From a virus: DNA of 41,512 bases. How positions within the stretch are numbered: position 1 is the first letter of the stretch; each line of letters starts with the position of its first letter. The stretch is taken from the UHGV virus genome UHGV-0155266, one strand, 5' to 3'. Position numbers and translations under genes: made by a program. The notes beneath the pieces are model-generated. The model did no database searches. It saw nothing but the letters and a program-made list of their open reading frames with translations, and was not told the origin of the DNA. Below are positions 16,777-26,961 of this stretch, piece after piece.

Positions 16777-17253
16777 ATGCAGGTACTAAATTCCCAGCGT
16801 AAAGCTTTCCTTGATATGGTGGCATGGTCAGAAGGAACGGATAACGGGCGACAACCGACACGTAACCACGGTTATGATGTTATTGTTGGTGGCGAACTGT
16901 TCACTGATTACTCCGATCACCCTCGCAAACTTGTCAAGCTAAACTCCAAACTCAAATCAACAGCCGCCGGACGTTACCAGCTTCTTTCCCGTTGGTGGGA
17001 TGCTTACCGTAAACAGCTTGGTTTGAAAGACTTCTCCCCCAAAAGCCAGGACGCAGTGGCATTGCAGCAGATTAAAGAGCGTGGCGCTTTACCTATGATT
17101 GATAGCGGCGATATTCGTCAGGCAATCGACCGTTGCAGCAATATATGGGCTTCATTACCCGGTGCAGGTTACGGTCAGTATGAACATAAAATCGGTGACC
17201 TGATTGCCCGATTTAAAGAGGCTGGTGGGGTGGTAAATGAAGTTGAGTTATAA
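16777..17253 (+). CDS. endolysin, lambda R-like lytic transglycosylase
   Basis: 158-aa protein nearly colinear with lambda R as recalled (QRKAFLDM(V/L)AWSEGTDNGRQ...SNIWASLPGAGYGQ). Confidence 0.9.
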   Translation: MQVLNSQRKAFLDMVAWSEGTDNGRQPTRNHGYDVIVGGELFTDYSDHPRKLVKLNSKLKSTAAGRYQLLSRWWDAYRKQLGLKDFSPKSQDAVALQQIKERGALPMIDSGDIRQAIDRCSNIWASLPGAGYGQYEHKIGDLIARFKEAGGVVNEVEL

Positions 17254-17629
17254 GCTGACTATCTCTGCTTTCTTCTTTACTGTTATTGGCTCTTTCATCT
17301 GGTCAGCGAATCACTACTACAGCAAATATCAGCACGAAAAGAAACGTGCTGATGAGGCTGTACAAAATGCCAAATCGGCAACTGCCATTACCAATAACGT
17401 CCTGCAATCACTGCAAATCGTCAATACAGTACTGGAGGCTAACCAGCATGCAAAACAGCAGATCGCACTGGAGTCACAGAGAACCCAGGAAGATATCAAA
17501 ATGGCTGTTGCGGATGATGATTGTGCTTCACGTGCTGTGCCTGCTGCCGCTGCTGACCGGTTGCGGAAGTACGCGGACAGTTTACGTGAGCGTTCCGGTG
17601 GCACCACTGCCACCCAGCCTGACTTCTGA
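17237..17629 (+). CDS. Rz-like i-spanin
   Basis: 130-aa ORF overlapping the endolysin 3' end, with N-terminal TM helix and a charged helical periplasmic region. Confidence 0.65.
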   Translation: MKLSYKLTISAFFFTVIGSFIWSANHYYSKYQHEKKRADEAVQNAKSATAITNNVLQSLQIVNTVLEANQHAKQQIALESQRTQEDIKMAVADDDCASRAVPAAAADRLRKYADSLRERSGGTTATQPDF

Positions 17630-17771
17630 TACTCCTGTACCGTTTATACCTAATCCGCTGACGTATGGTGCCAGTCTGGAGCTGAATGTGAGTCTGTTGT
17701 CTGCGCTGGCTAACTGCAATCGGGATAAAGCTGATATTCGTAAAATAGATGCAGAGAGAACTAACCATTAA
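17514..17771 (+). CDS. Rz1-like o-spanin (lipoprotein)
   Basis: ORF in an alternative frame starting inside Rz; signal peptide with lipobox LLTGC and a Pro-rich mature region. Confidence 0.6.
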   Translation: MMIVLHVLCLLPLLTGCGSTRTVYVSVPVAPLPPSLTSDTPVPFIPNPLTYGASLELNVSLLSALANCNRDKADIRKIDAERTNH

Positions 17772-17792
17772 GCAATAAAATTGTCAAATTAA

Positions 17793-18419
17793 TCAGTTGT
17801 CAAATGAATATACGTTAAAGGTATATGTCGACATAATTTCACCAAGTACCTCAATACATACACTTTTTTTATGAAAATTACTGGGAAATGAACTTAGCTC
17901 CTCAAGACATTGCACATAAGTGCTGATATCACTTGCATCACGTTCAAGGAATTTCACTTGACCAAAAGAAGGAGTTTTAATCTTGGTTCTTTGCTGGATT
18001 ATATGGATAAAGTGTGTAGTTGGTGAAACTATTACTCTTGAAATATCGGAAATGATGTCTTCTTGAACTTGCCGATAAAGTAAATCCTTTGGATAATGGT
18101 GTTTTATCTCGATGGTTGCAACATTGCCATTATGTTCAGACGTTAATATCGACTGGTTATAAAGTGATATGTCAACAGCGCCGATACCGAGTTTTGGATG
18201 CTCACTTAAAGCAGTTAGTGTGCTGATTTGATTGAGTATAACAACTAACTCATCACGTATTTGTGTTTCATGTTTGCGATTGTAGAAGTAGCCATTCAGT
18301 TCATTTAACTTTTTATGCATCCTATCGTGACTAATTGCTTCGATCAGTAAATCCTGAATCATACTTTTCTCTAGGTAATCCGAACGGTTGTAAGTGACAG
18401 TATTGTGCTGGCATGTCAT
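17793..18419 (-). CDS. hypothetical protein (208 aa), downstream gene of a minus-strand cassette
   Basis: AT-rich ORF opposite to the flanking lysis and packaging genes; no recognisable motif; weak RBS, so the start is uncertain. Confidence 0.6.
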   Translation of the reverse strand: MTCQHNTVTYNRSDYLEKSMIQDLLIEAISHDRMHKKLNELNGYFYNRKHETQIRDELVVILNQISTLTALSEHPKLGIGAVDISLYNQSILTSEHNGNVATIEIKHHYPKDLLYRQVQEDIISDISRVIVSPTTHFIHIIQQRTKIKTPSFGQVKFLERDASDISTYVQCLEELSSFPSNFHKKSVCIEVLGEIMSTYTFNVYSFDN

Positions 18420-18462
18420 TAATATGTAAAGGTATTGTGAATGCCAGAAAGATAACGAAGTA

Positions 18463-18798
18463 TCATCGATAGAAAAACTTTACAGCCCACTCGTAAACAG
18501 CTTTGTAAATCGGTTCATGGTAAATACTATCGATACTATTCAGATATGCGATCATCGCCTCCACAGTTGTAGTGGTTGTTTCTAATATTTCGATTATTGC
18601 AGGGCGGTCATCATCTTCATCGAAGTATTCGAACAGCAGTACAGGTTTACCATGCAATTCAGCATCTGAGACTCTAAGGTTACAACTACCGCTCAACTCA
18701 AAGTGAATTTTGTAATTACCTTCTACAGAATGGCCTACGGGGAAAAAGTATAGGGTGTCATCTTTGTTCAAAAGCCATGCCCATTCATAACTATTCAT
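18463..18798 (-). CDS. hypothetical acidic protein (111 aa), upstream gene of the minus-strand cassette
   Basis: ATG at 18798 preceded by AGGAG with a 7-nt spacer; the track ORF begins 6 codons earlier; contains an acidic patch (EYFDEDDDRPAIIEILE). Confidence 0.6.
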   Translation of the reverse strand: MNSYEWAWLLNKDDTLYFFPVGHSVEGNYKIHFELSGSCNLRVSDAELHGKPVLLFEYFDEDDDRPAIIEILETTTTTVEAMIAYLNSIDSIYHEPIYKAVYEWAVKFFYR

Positions 18799-18948
18799 TT
18801 GTGAACTCCTGTTCATTGAGTTTCAACAACTATCAACTACATCCAGCGAAGCATAAAAGATCGTTTATGGCAAAACCGGAATGGAGTGCGATTCGATTCT
18901 GAGAAGGGTGCCACGTATCGTACGCGAACCATCCAAGAGGATTATGCA

Positions 18949-19299
18949 ATGCCCCCACGAACCCCAAAAGCCTGCCGCGTTCGCGGCTGCCGCCATACCA
19001 CCACTGACTCGTCAGGCTATTGCGAAAGCCACAAAAGCGAAGGCTGGAAGCAATACAAGCCAGGCCAGTCCCGACACCAGCGCGGTTATGGTTCGAAATG
19101 GGATGTTATCCGTGAACGTGTGCTCAAGCGTGACAAAGGCCTGTGCCAGTTGTGCCTGCGTGCTGGTGTGGTGCGCGAGGCGAAAACCGTTGACCACATC
19201 ATCCCTAAAGCGCATGGCGGCACTGATGCCGACTGTAATCTGCAGAGTCTGTGCTGGCCGTGTCATAAGGCGAAGACGGCCCGTGAACGGTTGAAGTGA
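18949..19299 (+). CDS. HNH endonuclease (packaging-associated)
   Basis: CxxC...HH...CxxCH pattern (CQLCL...VDHIIPKAHGG...CWPCHKAK); lies immediately upstream of the terminase genes, as in HK97-like cos phages. Confidence 0.8.
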   Translation: MPPRTPKACRVRGCRHTTTDSSGYCESHKSEGWKQYKPGQSRHQRGYGSKWDVIRERVLKRDKGLCQLCLRAGVVREAKTVDHIIPKAHGGTDADCNLQSLCWPCHKAKTARERLK

Positions 19300-19325
19300 T
19301 AATAATTCTCAACTGCCTGAGGGGA

Positions 19326-19386
19326 GGGGCGGGTCAAATCCCTGCGGCCTGACGTCTTCCGGACTGCCCGCCCCATCGTTTTTTTA
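19326..19386 (+). terminator. GC-rich hairpin plus T-run (terminator and/or cos region)
   Basis: GGGGCGGG (19326-19333) pairs with CCCGCCCC (19367-19374), followed by TTTTTTT; located between HNH and terS, where HK97-like phages carry cos. Confidence 0.4.
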
Positions 19387-19424
19387 TACCCGCGAAAAAT
19401 GAAATTTAACCAGGAGTGCCGCAT

Positions 19425-19919
19425 ATGGCTGGAACGGCGGGGCGTTCCGGGCGTCGCCCCAAGCCAACGGCGCGCAAGGCGCTGGCCGGAAACCCCGGCA
19501 AGCGAGCCCTGAATAAAGATGAACCTGTTTTTACGCCCATCAAAGGTGTTGAGCCACCGGAGTGGTTCGCTGAAGAAGATCTCCCTCTCGCCACGATCAT
19601 GTGGCAACTGACAACCAAAGAACTCTGCGGTCAGGGCCTGCTGTGCGTGACTGACCTGGCGGTACTTGAGCGGTGGTGCGTGGCCTATGAGTTCTGGCGA
19701 CGTGCCGTGAAAAATATTGCCAGACAGGGCAACACCATCACCGGTGCAATGGGTGGCATGGTCAAAAATCCGGAGCTGACCGCCAAGAAAGAACAGGAGT
19801 CCGAGATGAGCAGCACGGGGGCAATGCTCGGACTCGACCCCAGCAGCCGCCAGCGTCTGATTGGCCTGGCGGGGCAGAAGAAAGCCACTAACCCGTTTCT
19901 GAAAATCATCGAATCATGA
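19425..19919 (+). CDS. terminase small subunit
   Basis: 165-aa ORF directly upstream of and overlapping TerL; basic N-terminus; AGGAG 8 nt before the ATG. Confidence 0.75.
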   Translation: MAGTAGRSGRRPKPTARKALAGNPGKRALNKDEPVFTPIKGVEPPEWFAEEDLPLATIMWQLTTKELCGQGLLCVTDLAVLERWCVAYEFWRRAVKNIARQGNTITGAMGGMVKNPELTAKKEQESEMSSTGAMLGLDPSSRQRLIGLAGQKKATNPFLKIIES

Positions 19920-21649
19920 GCCGGAAATCTTACCCCAACGTAAATGCTGCCAATCAGTATGCCCGTGATGTCGTGCGCGGAAAGATTGTGGCCTGCCAGT
20001 TTGTGATTCAGGCCTGCCAGCGCCATCTTGATGACCTGATGGCGGAAAAAAGTAAGTCGTTTCGTTACCGCTTCGACAAGGACCAGGCTGAACGGGCCGC
20101 GAAATTTATTCAGCTGTTGCCGCACACCAAGGGTGAGTGGGCATTCAAACGGATGCCCATCACGCTGGAGCCGTGGCAGCTCTTTGTGATCTGCTGCGCG
20201 TTTGGCTGGGTCAATAAAGGCTCCCGGCTGCGCCGCTTCCGGGAGGTGTATACCGAAATTCCCCGTAAGAACGGCAAATCGGCAATCTCTGCCGGTGTTG
20301 CCCTGTATTGTTTTGCCTGTGATAACGAGTTCGGCGCGGAAGTGTATTCCGGTGCCACGACGGAGAAACAGGCATGGGAAGTCTTTCGTCCGGCACGACT
20401 GATGTGTAAACGCACACCCATGCTGACGGAAGCGTTCGGGATTGAGGTTAACGCCTCAAACATGAACCGTCCGGAGGATGGCGCGCGGTTTGAACCGCTG
20501 ATCGGTAACCCCGGTGATGGATCATCACCCCACTGTGCGGTGGTGGATGAATATCACGAGCACGCCACCGATGCGCTTTACACCACGATGCTTACCGGGA
20601 TGGGGGCGCGACGTCAGCCACTGATGTGGGCCATTACTACTGCCGGGTACAACATTGAGGGGCCGTGCTACGACAAACGGCGGGAAGTTATCGAGATGCT
20701 CAACGGTTCGGTACCCAACGATGAACTGTTCGGGATCATCTATACCGTTGACGAAGGTGACGACTGGACCAACCCACAGGTGCTGGAAAAAGCCAACCCG
20801 AATATCGGGGTGTCGGTTTACCGTGAGTTTTTGTTAAGTCAGCAACAGCGTGCGAAAAATAACGCCCGTCTGGCAAACGTCTTTAAAACAAAACACCTCA
20901 ATATCTGGGTGTCGGCGCGTTCGGCGTATTTCAACCTGGTGAGCTGGCAGAGCTGCGAGGATAAATCACTGACTCTTGAGCAATTCGAGGGGCAGCCGTG
21001 CATTCTGGCCTTTGACCTGGCGCGTAAACTGGATATGAACAGCATGGCGCGACTTTATACCCGCGAGATTGACGGTAAAACGCATTACTACAGTGTGGCC
21101 CCGCGTTTCTGGGTACCGTATGACACGGTGTACAGCGTCGAGAAAAATGAAGATCGCCGGACAGCCGAACGCTTTCAGAAATGGGTGGAAATGGGCGTCC
21201 TGACCGTTACCGATGGTGCAGAGGTGGATTATCGCTACATCCTCGAAGAGGCCAAAGCGGCGAACAAAATCAGCCCGGTCAGCGAGTCACCCATCGACCC
21301 CTTCGGGGCGACCGGGCTGTCACATGACCTTGCTGATGAAGACCTGAATCCCGTCACTATCGTCCAGAACTTCACCAATATGTCCGATCCGATGAAAGAG
21401 CTGGAAGCAGCGATTGAATCGGGACGTTTTCATCATGACGGCAATCCCATCATGACCTGGTGTATCGGCAACGTGGTCGGCAAAAACATGCCGGGTAACG
21501 ATGATGTGGTGAAGCCCGTCAAAGAGCAGGCGGAAAACAAAATTGACGGTGCAGTTGCGCTGATTATGGCGGTTGGCAGAGCCATGCTGTACGAGAAAGA
21601 AGACACGCTGTCTGACCACATTGAGTCCTATGGGATCCGCTCGCTTTAA
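19916..21649 (+). CDS. terminase large subunit
   Basis: 577-aa protein with an N-terminal ATPase region (Walker A-like IPRKNGKS) and C-terminal nuclease region; typical position. Confidence 0.9.
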
Positions 21650-21660
21650 CTGAGGTAATT

Positions 21661-21843
21661 ATGATCATGCTGATTTTAGCGCCTCTGGTGGGCGTGCTGG
21701 GTGCGCTTTTGCTGGCGTATGGTGCCTGGCTGATTTATCCCCCGGCGGGTTTTGTTGTTGCCGGGGCGCTGTGCCTGTTCTGGTCGTGGCTGGTGGCGCG
21801 ATATCTCGACCGTACACAGTCGTCTGTCGGCGGAGGTAAATAG
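21661..21843 (+). CDS. small hydrophobic protein (60 aa)
   Basis: Two predicted TM segments; RBS-like GAGGT; lies between TerL and portal. Confidence 0.4.
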
Positions 21844-23084
21844 TGTTCTTTTCGGGATTATTTCAACGGAAAAGTGACGCACCGGTGACCACGCCAGCAG
21901 AGCTGGCGGATGCTATCGGGTTGTCCTACGACACCTATACCGGAAAGCAGATCAGCAGCCAGCGGGCCATGCGACTGACGGCGGTTTTTTCCTGTGTCAG
22001 GGTGCTGGCGGAGTCGGTCGGGATGTTGCCCTGCAACCTGTATCACCTGAACGGCAGCCTGAAGCAGAGAGCCACTGGCGAACGTCTGCATAAGCTGATC
22101 TCCACGCATCCCAATGGCTATATGACGCCGCAGGAGTTCTGGGAGCTGGTGGTCACCTGTCTGTGCCTGCGGGGAAACTTTTACGCCTACAAAGTGAAAG
22201 CATTTGGCGAAGTGGCTGAACTGCTGCCCGTCGATCCCGGCTGTGTGGTACCGAAGCTTAACAGTAGCTGGGAGCCGGTCTATCAGGTCACATTCCCGGA
22301 TGGCTCCACGGATGTACTGAGCCAGGAGGATATCTGGCATGTGCGCACGCTGACGCTGGACGGACTGGTGGGGCTGAATCCCATCGCCTATGCCCGCGAG
22401 GCAATATCGCTGGCGGCAGCGACCGAAGAGCACGGGGCCAGACTGTTCAGCAATGGCGCGGTGACGTCGGGTGTGTTGCGTACAGAGCAGACGCTGTCAG
22501 ATCAGGCTTACGAGCGCCTGAAGAAAGATTTTGAGGAGCGTCACACCGGGCTTGGTAATGCTCACCGCCCGATGATCCTTGAGATGGGGCTGGACTGGAA
22601 GTCGATGGCGCTGAACGCCGAGGACAGCCAGTTCCTGGAAACCCGCAAGTTTCAGCTTGAAGAAATCTGTCGTCTGTTCCGGGTGCCGTTGCACATGGTG
22701 CAGAACACCGATCGCGCCACCTTCAACAATATTGAAGAGCTGGGGCTGGGATTTATCAACTATTCACTGGTGCCGTATCTGACCCGCATCGAACAGCGGA
22801 TCAACACCGGACTGGTACGAAAAAGTAAGCAGGGCGTTTATTACGCCAAATTTAACGCCGGGGCGTTACTGCGCGGGGATATGAAGTCCCGTTTTGAAGC
22901 CTACGCCACCGGGATTAACTGGGGAATTTACTCTCCCAATGACTGCCGCGACCTGGAAGATATGAATCCGCGTCCCGGTGGTGATGTCTATCTCACACCG
23001 ATGAACATGACCACGAAACCCTCCGATGGCAGTAAAGCCGGTAAGCAGAAGGATAACGCCAATGCAGACGAAACAACGTCTTGA
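21843..23084 (+). CDS. portal protein (HK97 family)
   Basis: 413-aa ORF after the terminase; GTG start with GGAGG 6 nt upstream; size and position fit an HK97-type portal. Confidence 0.85.
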   Translation: MFFSGLFQRKSDAPVTTPAELADAIGLSYDTYTGKQISSQRAMRLTAVFSCVRVLAESVGMLPCNLYHLNGSLKQRATGERLHKLISTHPNGYMTPQEFWELVVTCLCLRGNFYAYKVKAFGEVAELLPVDPGCVVPKLNSSWEPVYQVTFPDGSTDVLSQEDIWHVRTLTLDGLVGLNPIAYAREAISLAAATEEHGARLFSNGAVTSGVLRTEQTLSDQAYERLKKDFEERHTGLGNAHRPMILEMGLDWKSMALNAEDSQFLETRKFQLEEICRLFRVPLHMVQNTDRATFNNIEELGLGFINYSLVPYLTRIEQRINTGLVRKSKQGVYYAKFNAGALLRGDMKSRFEAYATGINWGIYSPNDCRDLEDMNPRPGGDVYLTPMNMTTKPSDGSKAGKQKDNANADETTS

Positions 23085-23712
23085 TGTACCGCTGAGTCTG
23101 AAATCTGTCAGTGACTCCGGTGAGTTTGAAGGGTATGGCTCCGTCTTTGGTGTAAAGGACAGCCACGATGATGTGGTGATGTCCGGGGCATTTGCTGCTT
23201 CCCTGCGGGCGTGGAGTGACAGAAAAGCGTTACCTGCGCTGCTCTGGCAGCACCGCATGGATGAGCCCATCGGAGTTTACACCGAAATGAAGGAAGACGA
23301 TGTCGGGCTTTACGTCAGGGGGCGGTTGCTCATTGATGATGATCCCCTGGCAAAACGCGCACATGCACACATGAAGGCCGGTTCGTTAACCGGCCTTTCT
23401 ATTGGGTACGTCCTGAAGGACTGGGAATACGACCGGAGCAAAGAAGCCTTTCTGCTGAAAGAAATCGACCTCTGGGAAGTCAGTCTGGTGACGTTTCCGT
23501 CTAACGACGAGGCGCGGATCAGCGACGTCAAGAACGCGCTGGCCCGCGGGGAAATCCCCGAACAGAAAAAAATCGAAAGAGTCCTGCGTGATGTCGGACT
23601 CTCCCGTACCCAGGCCAAAGCATTCATGGCCGGGGGCTATGGCGCACTGTCCCTGCGCGACGCTGAGGATGTGGGCTCTGCACTGAATGCACTGAAAAAT
23701 CTGAACTTCTAA
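23062..23712 (+). CDS. prohead protease (HK97 family)
   Basis: Located between portal and major capsid; ATG at 23062 within the track ORF. Confidence 0.8.
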   Translation: MQTKQRLDVPLSLKSVSDSGEFEGYGSVFGVKDSHDDVVMSGAFAASLRAWSDRKALPALLWQHRMDEPIGVYTEMKEDDVGLYVRGRLLIDDDPLAKRAHAHMKAGSLTGLSIGYVLKDWEYDRSKEAFLLKEIDLWEVSLVTFPSNDEARISDVKNALARGEIPEQKKIERVLRDVGLSRTQAKAFMAGGYGALSLRDAEDVGSALNALKNLNF

Positions 23713-23726
23713 TCAGGAGAAATACG

Positions 23727-24932
23727 ATGTCGGTTGATATTAAAGATGTGGAACAGGTCGCGCAGGAGCTGCAGCAGAAGTTTGACGACTTCAAAGCAAA
23801 GAACGACAAGCGCGTGGATGCGATTGAGCAGGAAAAAGGCAAACTTGCCGGGCAGGTGGAAACCCTGAACGGGAAACTCAGCGAGCTGGAAAATCTCAAA
23901 AGCGACCTTGAAAAAGAGCTGCTTGAGCTGAAACGTCCGGCAGGGGGTGCGCAAAATAAACTGGCCACCGAGCATAAAGAAGCGTTTGTGGGCTTCCTGC
24001 GTAAAGGCCGTGAAGATGGTCTGCGCGATCTGGAGCGCAAGGCATTACAGGTGGGCACCGATGAAGACGGTGGCTATGCCGTGCCGGAAGCGCTGGATCG
24101 CAACATTCTGACCTTGCTGAAAGATGAAGTGGTGATGCGCCAGGAAGCCGCGGTGATCACCGTTGGCGGTTCCGACTACAAAAAACTGGTGAATCTGGGC
24201 GGCACGGCTTCCGGATGGGTTGGCGAGACTGACGCGCGCTCCCAGACTGCCACCTCCAGACTGGGGCTGATTGAACCTTTCATGGGGGAAATCTACGGTA
24301 ACCCGCAGGCCACCCAGAAAATGCTGGATGATGCCTTTTTCAACGTGGAGGCCTGGATCAACAGCGAGCTGGCAACCGAATTTGCCGAACAGGAAGAAAT
24401 TGCCTTTACCACCGGCGATGGTACCAAGAAGCCGAAAGGGTTCCTGGCGTATGAATCCACTGATGAAACCGATAAGGTCCGGGCGTTCGGCAAACTTCAG
24501 CATATTGTATCCGGCGACGCGACTGCGGTGACCGCAGACGCCATTATCAAACTGATTTACACGCTGCGAAAGGCACACCGCACCGGCGCGAAGTTCATGA
24601 TGAACAACAACAGCCTGTTTGCCATCCGTTTGCTGAAAGACAGCGAGGGTAACTATCTGTGGCGTCCGGGGCTGGAACTGGGGCAGCCGTCCTCTCTGGC
24701 GGGTTACGGTATCGCTGAAAACGAACAGATGCCGGATATCGCCGCTGATGCGAAAGCCATTGCATTTGGTAACTTCAAACGGGGTTACACCATCGTTGAC
24801 CGTATCGGCACCCGCATTCTGCGTGACCCGTACACCAATAAACCGTTTGTCGGTTTTTATACCACCAAGCGCACCGGCGGGATGCTGGTCGATTCGCAGG
24901 CCATCAAACTGCTGAAGATTGCAGCGGCGTAA
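23727..24932 (+). CDS. major capsid protein (HK97 fold)
   Basis: 401-aa protein with an N-terminal coiled-coil delta-like region followed by the capsid core; AGGAG RBS; directly after the protease. Confidence 0.9.
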   Translation: MSVDIKDVEQVAQELQQKFDDFKAKNDKRVDAIEQEKGKLAGQVETLNGKLSELENLKSDLEKELLELKRPAGGAQNKLATEHKEAFVGFLRKGREDGLRDLERKALQVGTDEDGGYAVPEALDRNILTLLKDEVVMRQEAAVITVGGSDYKKLVNLGGTASGWVGETDARSQTATSRLGLIEPFMGEIYGNPQATQKMLDDAFFNVEAWINSELATEFAEQEEIAFTTGDGTKKPKGFLAYESTDETDKVRAFGKLQHIVSGDATAVTADAIIKLIYTLRKAHRTGAKFMMNNNSLFAIRLLKDSEGNYLWRPGLELGQPSSLAGYGIAENEQMPDIAADAKAIAFGNFKRGYTIVDRIGTRILRDPYTNKPFVGFYTTKRTGGMLVDSQAIKLLKIAAA

Positions 24933-24939
24933 TCACTCA

Positions 24940-24959
24940 GGGGCGCGGAACCGCGCCCC
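24940..24959 (+). terminator. GC-rich hairpin after the capsid gene (attenuator/terminator-like)
   Basis: GGGGCGCGG-AA-CCGCGCCCC palindrome 8 bp after the capsid stop; weak T-run. Confidence 0.4.
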
Positions 24960-24981
24960 CTGTTCTGACGGGTGAAGAATC

Positions 24982-25182
24982 ATGATCCTGAAACAAGATC
25001 TGAAATGGTCACCGGACGGTATGCGTGTTGAGGTCATTCGGGCCGGTGAGTATGACGACGGGGCGCTTCCTGCCCGGGTGCAGGAGATTGCACTTCAGGC
25101 CGGGTTAGCAGAGCGCGGAACCCGTGCAAAAAGCAGTAAAGCGGCAAAAGAGAAAAAAGCCACGACCAGTAAAGAGGGCTGA
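24982..25182 (+). CDS. small hypothetical protein (66 aa)
   Basis: ORF between capsid and connector genes with a Lys-rich C-terminus. Confidence 0.4.
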   Translation: MILKQDLKWSPDGMRVEVIRAGEYDDGALPARVQEIALQAGLAERGTRAKSSKAAKEKKATTSKEG

Positions 25183-25184
25183 GT

Positions 25185-25508
25185 ATGCTTCTGACAATGG
25201 AAGAGATTAAAGCTCAACTCCGGCTGGATGAGGATTTCGATGCTGATGACTGCCATCTGCAACTGCTGGCCTGTGCGGCGCAAAAGCGGACGGAAACGTA
25301 TCTGAACCGGAAGCTCTATGCACCGGATGAAACCATTCCGGACAGCGATCCGGACGGGCTGCACCTGCCGGATGATATTCGTCTGGGGATGCTGATGCTT
25401 ATCAGCCATTTTTACGAAAACCGCTCGTCGGTTACGGAAGTGGAGAAACTCGACATGCCGCAGAGTTTTGGCTGGCTTGTCGGCCCGTACAGGTACTTTC
25501 CGCAATGA
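25185..25508 (+). CDS. head-tail connector protein (gp6-like)
   Basis: 107-aa ORF in the expected position with a strong RBS. Confidence 0.6.
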   Translation: MLLTMEEIKAQLRLDEDFDADDCHLQLLACAAQKRTETYLNRKLYAPDETIPDSDPDGLHLPDDIRLGMLMLISHFYENRSSVTEVEKLDMPQSFGWLVGPYRYFPQ

Positions 25509-25915
25509 AAATTCGTCAGGCGCAGACCAGCGCAACCTACATTCTGCCGGACCCCGGTGAACTGAATAAACGCATCCTGATCCGCCAGCGGGTGGATATG
25601 CCCGCGGATAACTTTGGCGTGGAGCCTCAATACCCGGTTACGTTCCGGACATGGGCGAAGGTTATCCAGACCAGTGCCACCACCTGGCAGGAAACCGCGC
25701 AGACCGGAGACGCCATCACCCATTACATCACCATTCGCTACCGCCGGGGGATCACCGCTGATTATGAGGTGGTCTGCGGTGACAGTGTGTACCGGGTAAA
25801 ACGTCAGCGCGATCTGAACGGGGCGCGGCGCTTTCTGCTGCTGGAGTGTACGGAGCTGGGCGAATTTACGCAGAGTCACGGAGGCAACAATGGCGACTTC
25901 CTTTTTTCACGTTGA
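25505..25915 (+). CDS. head closure / head-tail adaptor protein
   Basis: 136-aa ORF, translationally coupled; assigned by position and size. Confidence 0.6.
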   Translation: MKIRQAQTSATYILPDPGELNKRILIRQRVDMPADNFGVEPQYPVTFRTWAKVIQTSATTWQETAQTGDAITHYITIRYRRGITADYEVVCGDSVYRVKRQRDLNGARRFLLLECTELGEFTQSHGGNNGDFLFSR

Positions 25916-26396
25916 TGTTCAGCAGCCCGCAGAGATGCGCTTTAACCGCGCCCGTGTCCGGCGGGCGTTTGTCACGATTGGGCAGCGTCATATGCGTGAT
26001 GCCCGTCGGCTGGTGATGCGCCGTGCGCGGTCGGCACCGGGTGAAAACCCCGGTTATCAGACCGGACGCCTGGCTCGTTCGATTGGTTATATGGTACCCA
26101 GAGCCAGTAAACATCGCCCTGGTTTTATGGCACGTATAGCCCCTAACCAGCGCAACGGGAAGGGGAACCGGATGATCTCTGGTGACTTCTATCCGGCGTT
26201 TCTGTTTTTTGGTGTCCGGGGAGGAGCAAAACGTCGTCGCAGTCATCATCGTGGTGCATCCGGTGGCAGCGGCTGGCGACTGGCTCCACGTAATAACTTC
26301 ATGGTGGAAACTCTTGAAAAGAACCGCAGCTGGACACGCTATTTTCTGGCGCGGGAATTGCGTAAATCACTGAAGCCGGAGCGACGACACAGATGA
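25890..26396 (+). CDS. HK97 gp10-like neck protein
   Basis: 168-aa basic protein with GGAGG RBS; assigned by position. Confidence 0.55.
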   Translation: MATSFFHVDVQQPAEMRFNRARVRRAFVTIGQRHMRDARRLVMRRARSAPGENPGYQTGRLARSIGYMVPRASKHRPGFMARIAPNQRNGKGNRMISGDFYPAFLFFGVRGGAKRRRSHHRGASGGSGWRLAPRNNFMVETLEKNRSWTRYFLARELRKSLKPERRHR

Positions 26397-26953
26397 AACT
26401 GACGCCTGTTATTGCTGCACTGCGTGCCCGCTGTCCGTATTTTGAAAACCGGGTTGCAGGCGCGGCCCAGTTCAAAAATCTGCCGGAGGTCGGAAAGCTG
26501 AAACTCCCGGCGGCATATGTGGTACCGGGTGATGATTCTCCAGGAGAAAACAAAAGCCAGACCGACTACTGGCAGGAGCTGAAAGAGGGCTTCTCCGTGG
26601 TTGTCATACTGAGTAACGGGCGTGATGAGCGCGGTCAGTTTGCCTCGTATGATGTGGTGGACGATGTCCGGCAGATGCTCTTTAAGGCTCTGCTGGGCTG
26701 GAACCCGGAGGCGTGCGGTAACCCGATTACCTATGACGGCGGCACGCTGCTGGATCTGAATCGTCATGAGCTGATTTATCAGTTCGATTTTTCGGTCATC
26801 AGCGAGCTGACTGAAGACGATACCCGCCAGCAGGATGACCTGAACAGTCTGGATGAACTGCGAACGCTGGCGATTGATGTTGATTATCTCGATCCCGGTA
26901 ACGGGCCTGACGGCGATATCGAACATCACACCGAAATACCCCTTCCTTCCTGA
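26393..26953 (+). CDS. tail terminator / tail completion protein
   Basis: 186-aa ORF immediately before the sheath operon; assigned by position. Confidence 0.5.
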   Translation: MKLTPVIAALRARCPYFENRVAGAAQFKNLPEVGKLKLPAAYVVPGDDSPGENKSQTDYWQELKEGFSVVVILSNGRDERGQFASYDVVDDVRQMLFKALLGWNPEACGNPITYDGGTLLDLNRHELIYQFDFSVISELTEDDTRQQDDLNSLDELRTLAIDVDYLDPGNGPDGDIEHHTEIPLPS

Positions 26954-26961
26954 GGATCATC

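Noticed and set aside
21858-22433. 191-aa minus-strand ORF inside the portal gene
   Set aside because: Antisense shadow of a conserved structural gene.
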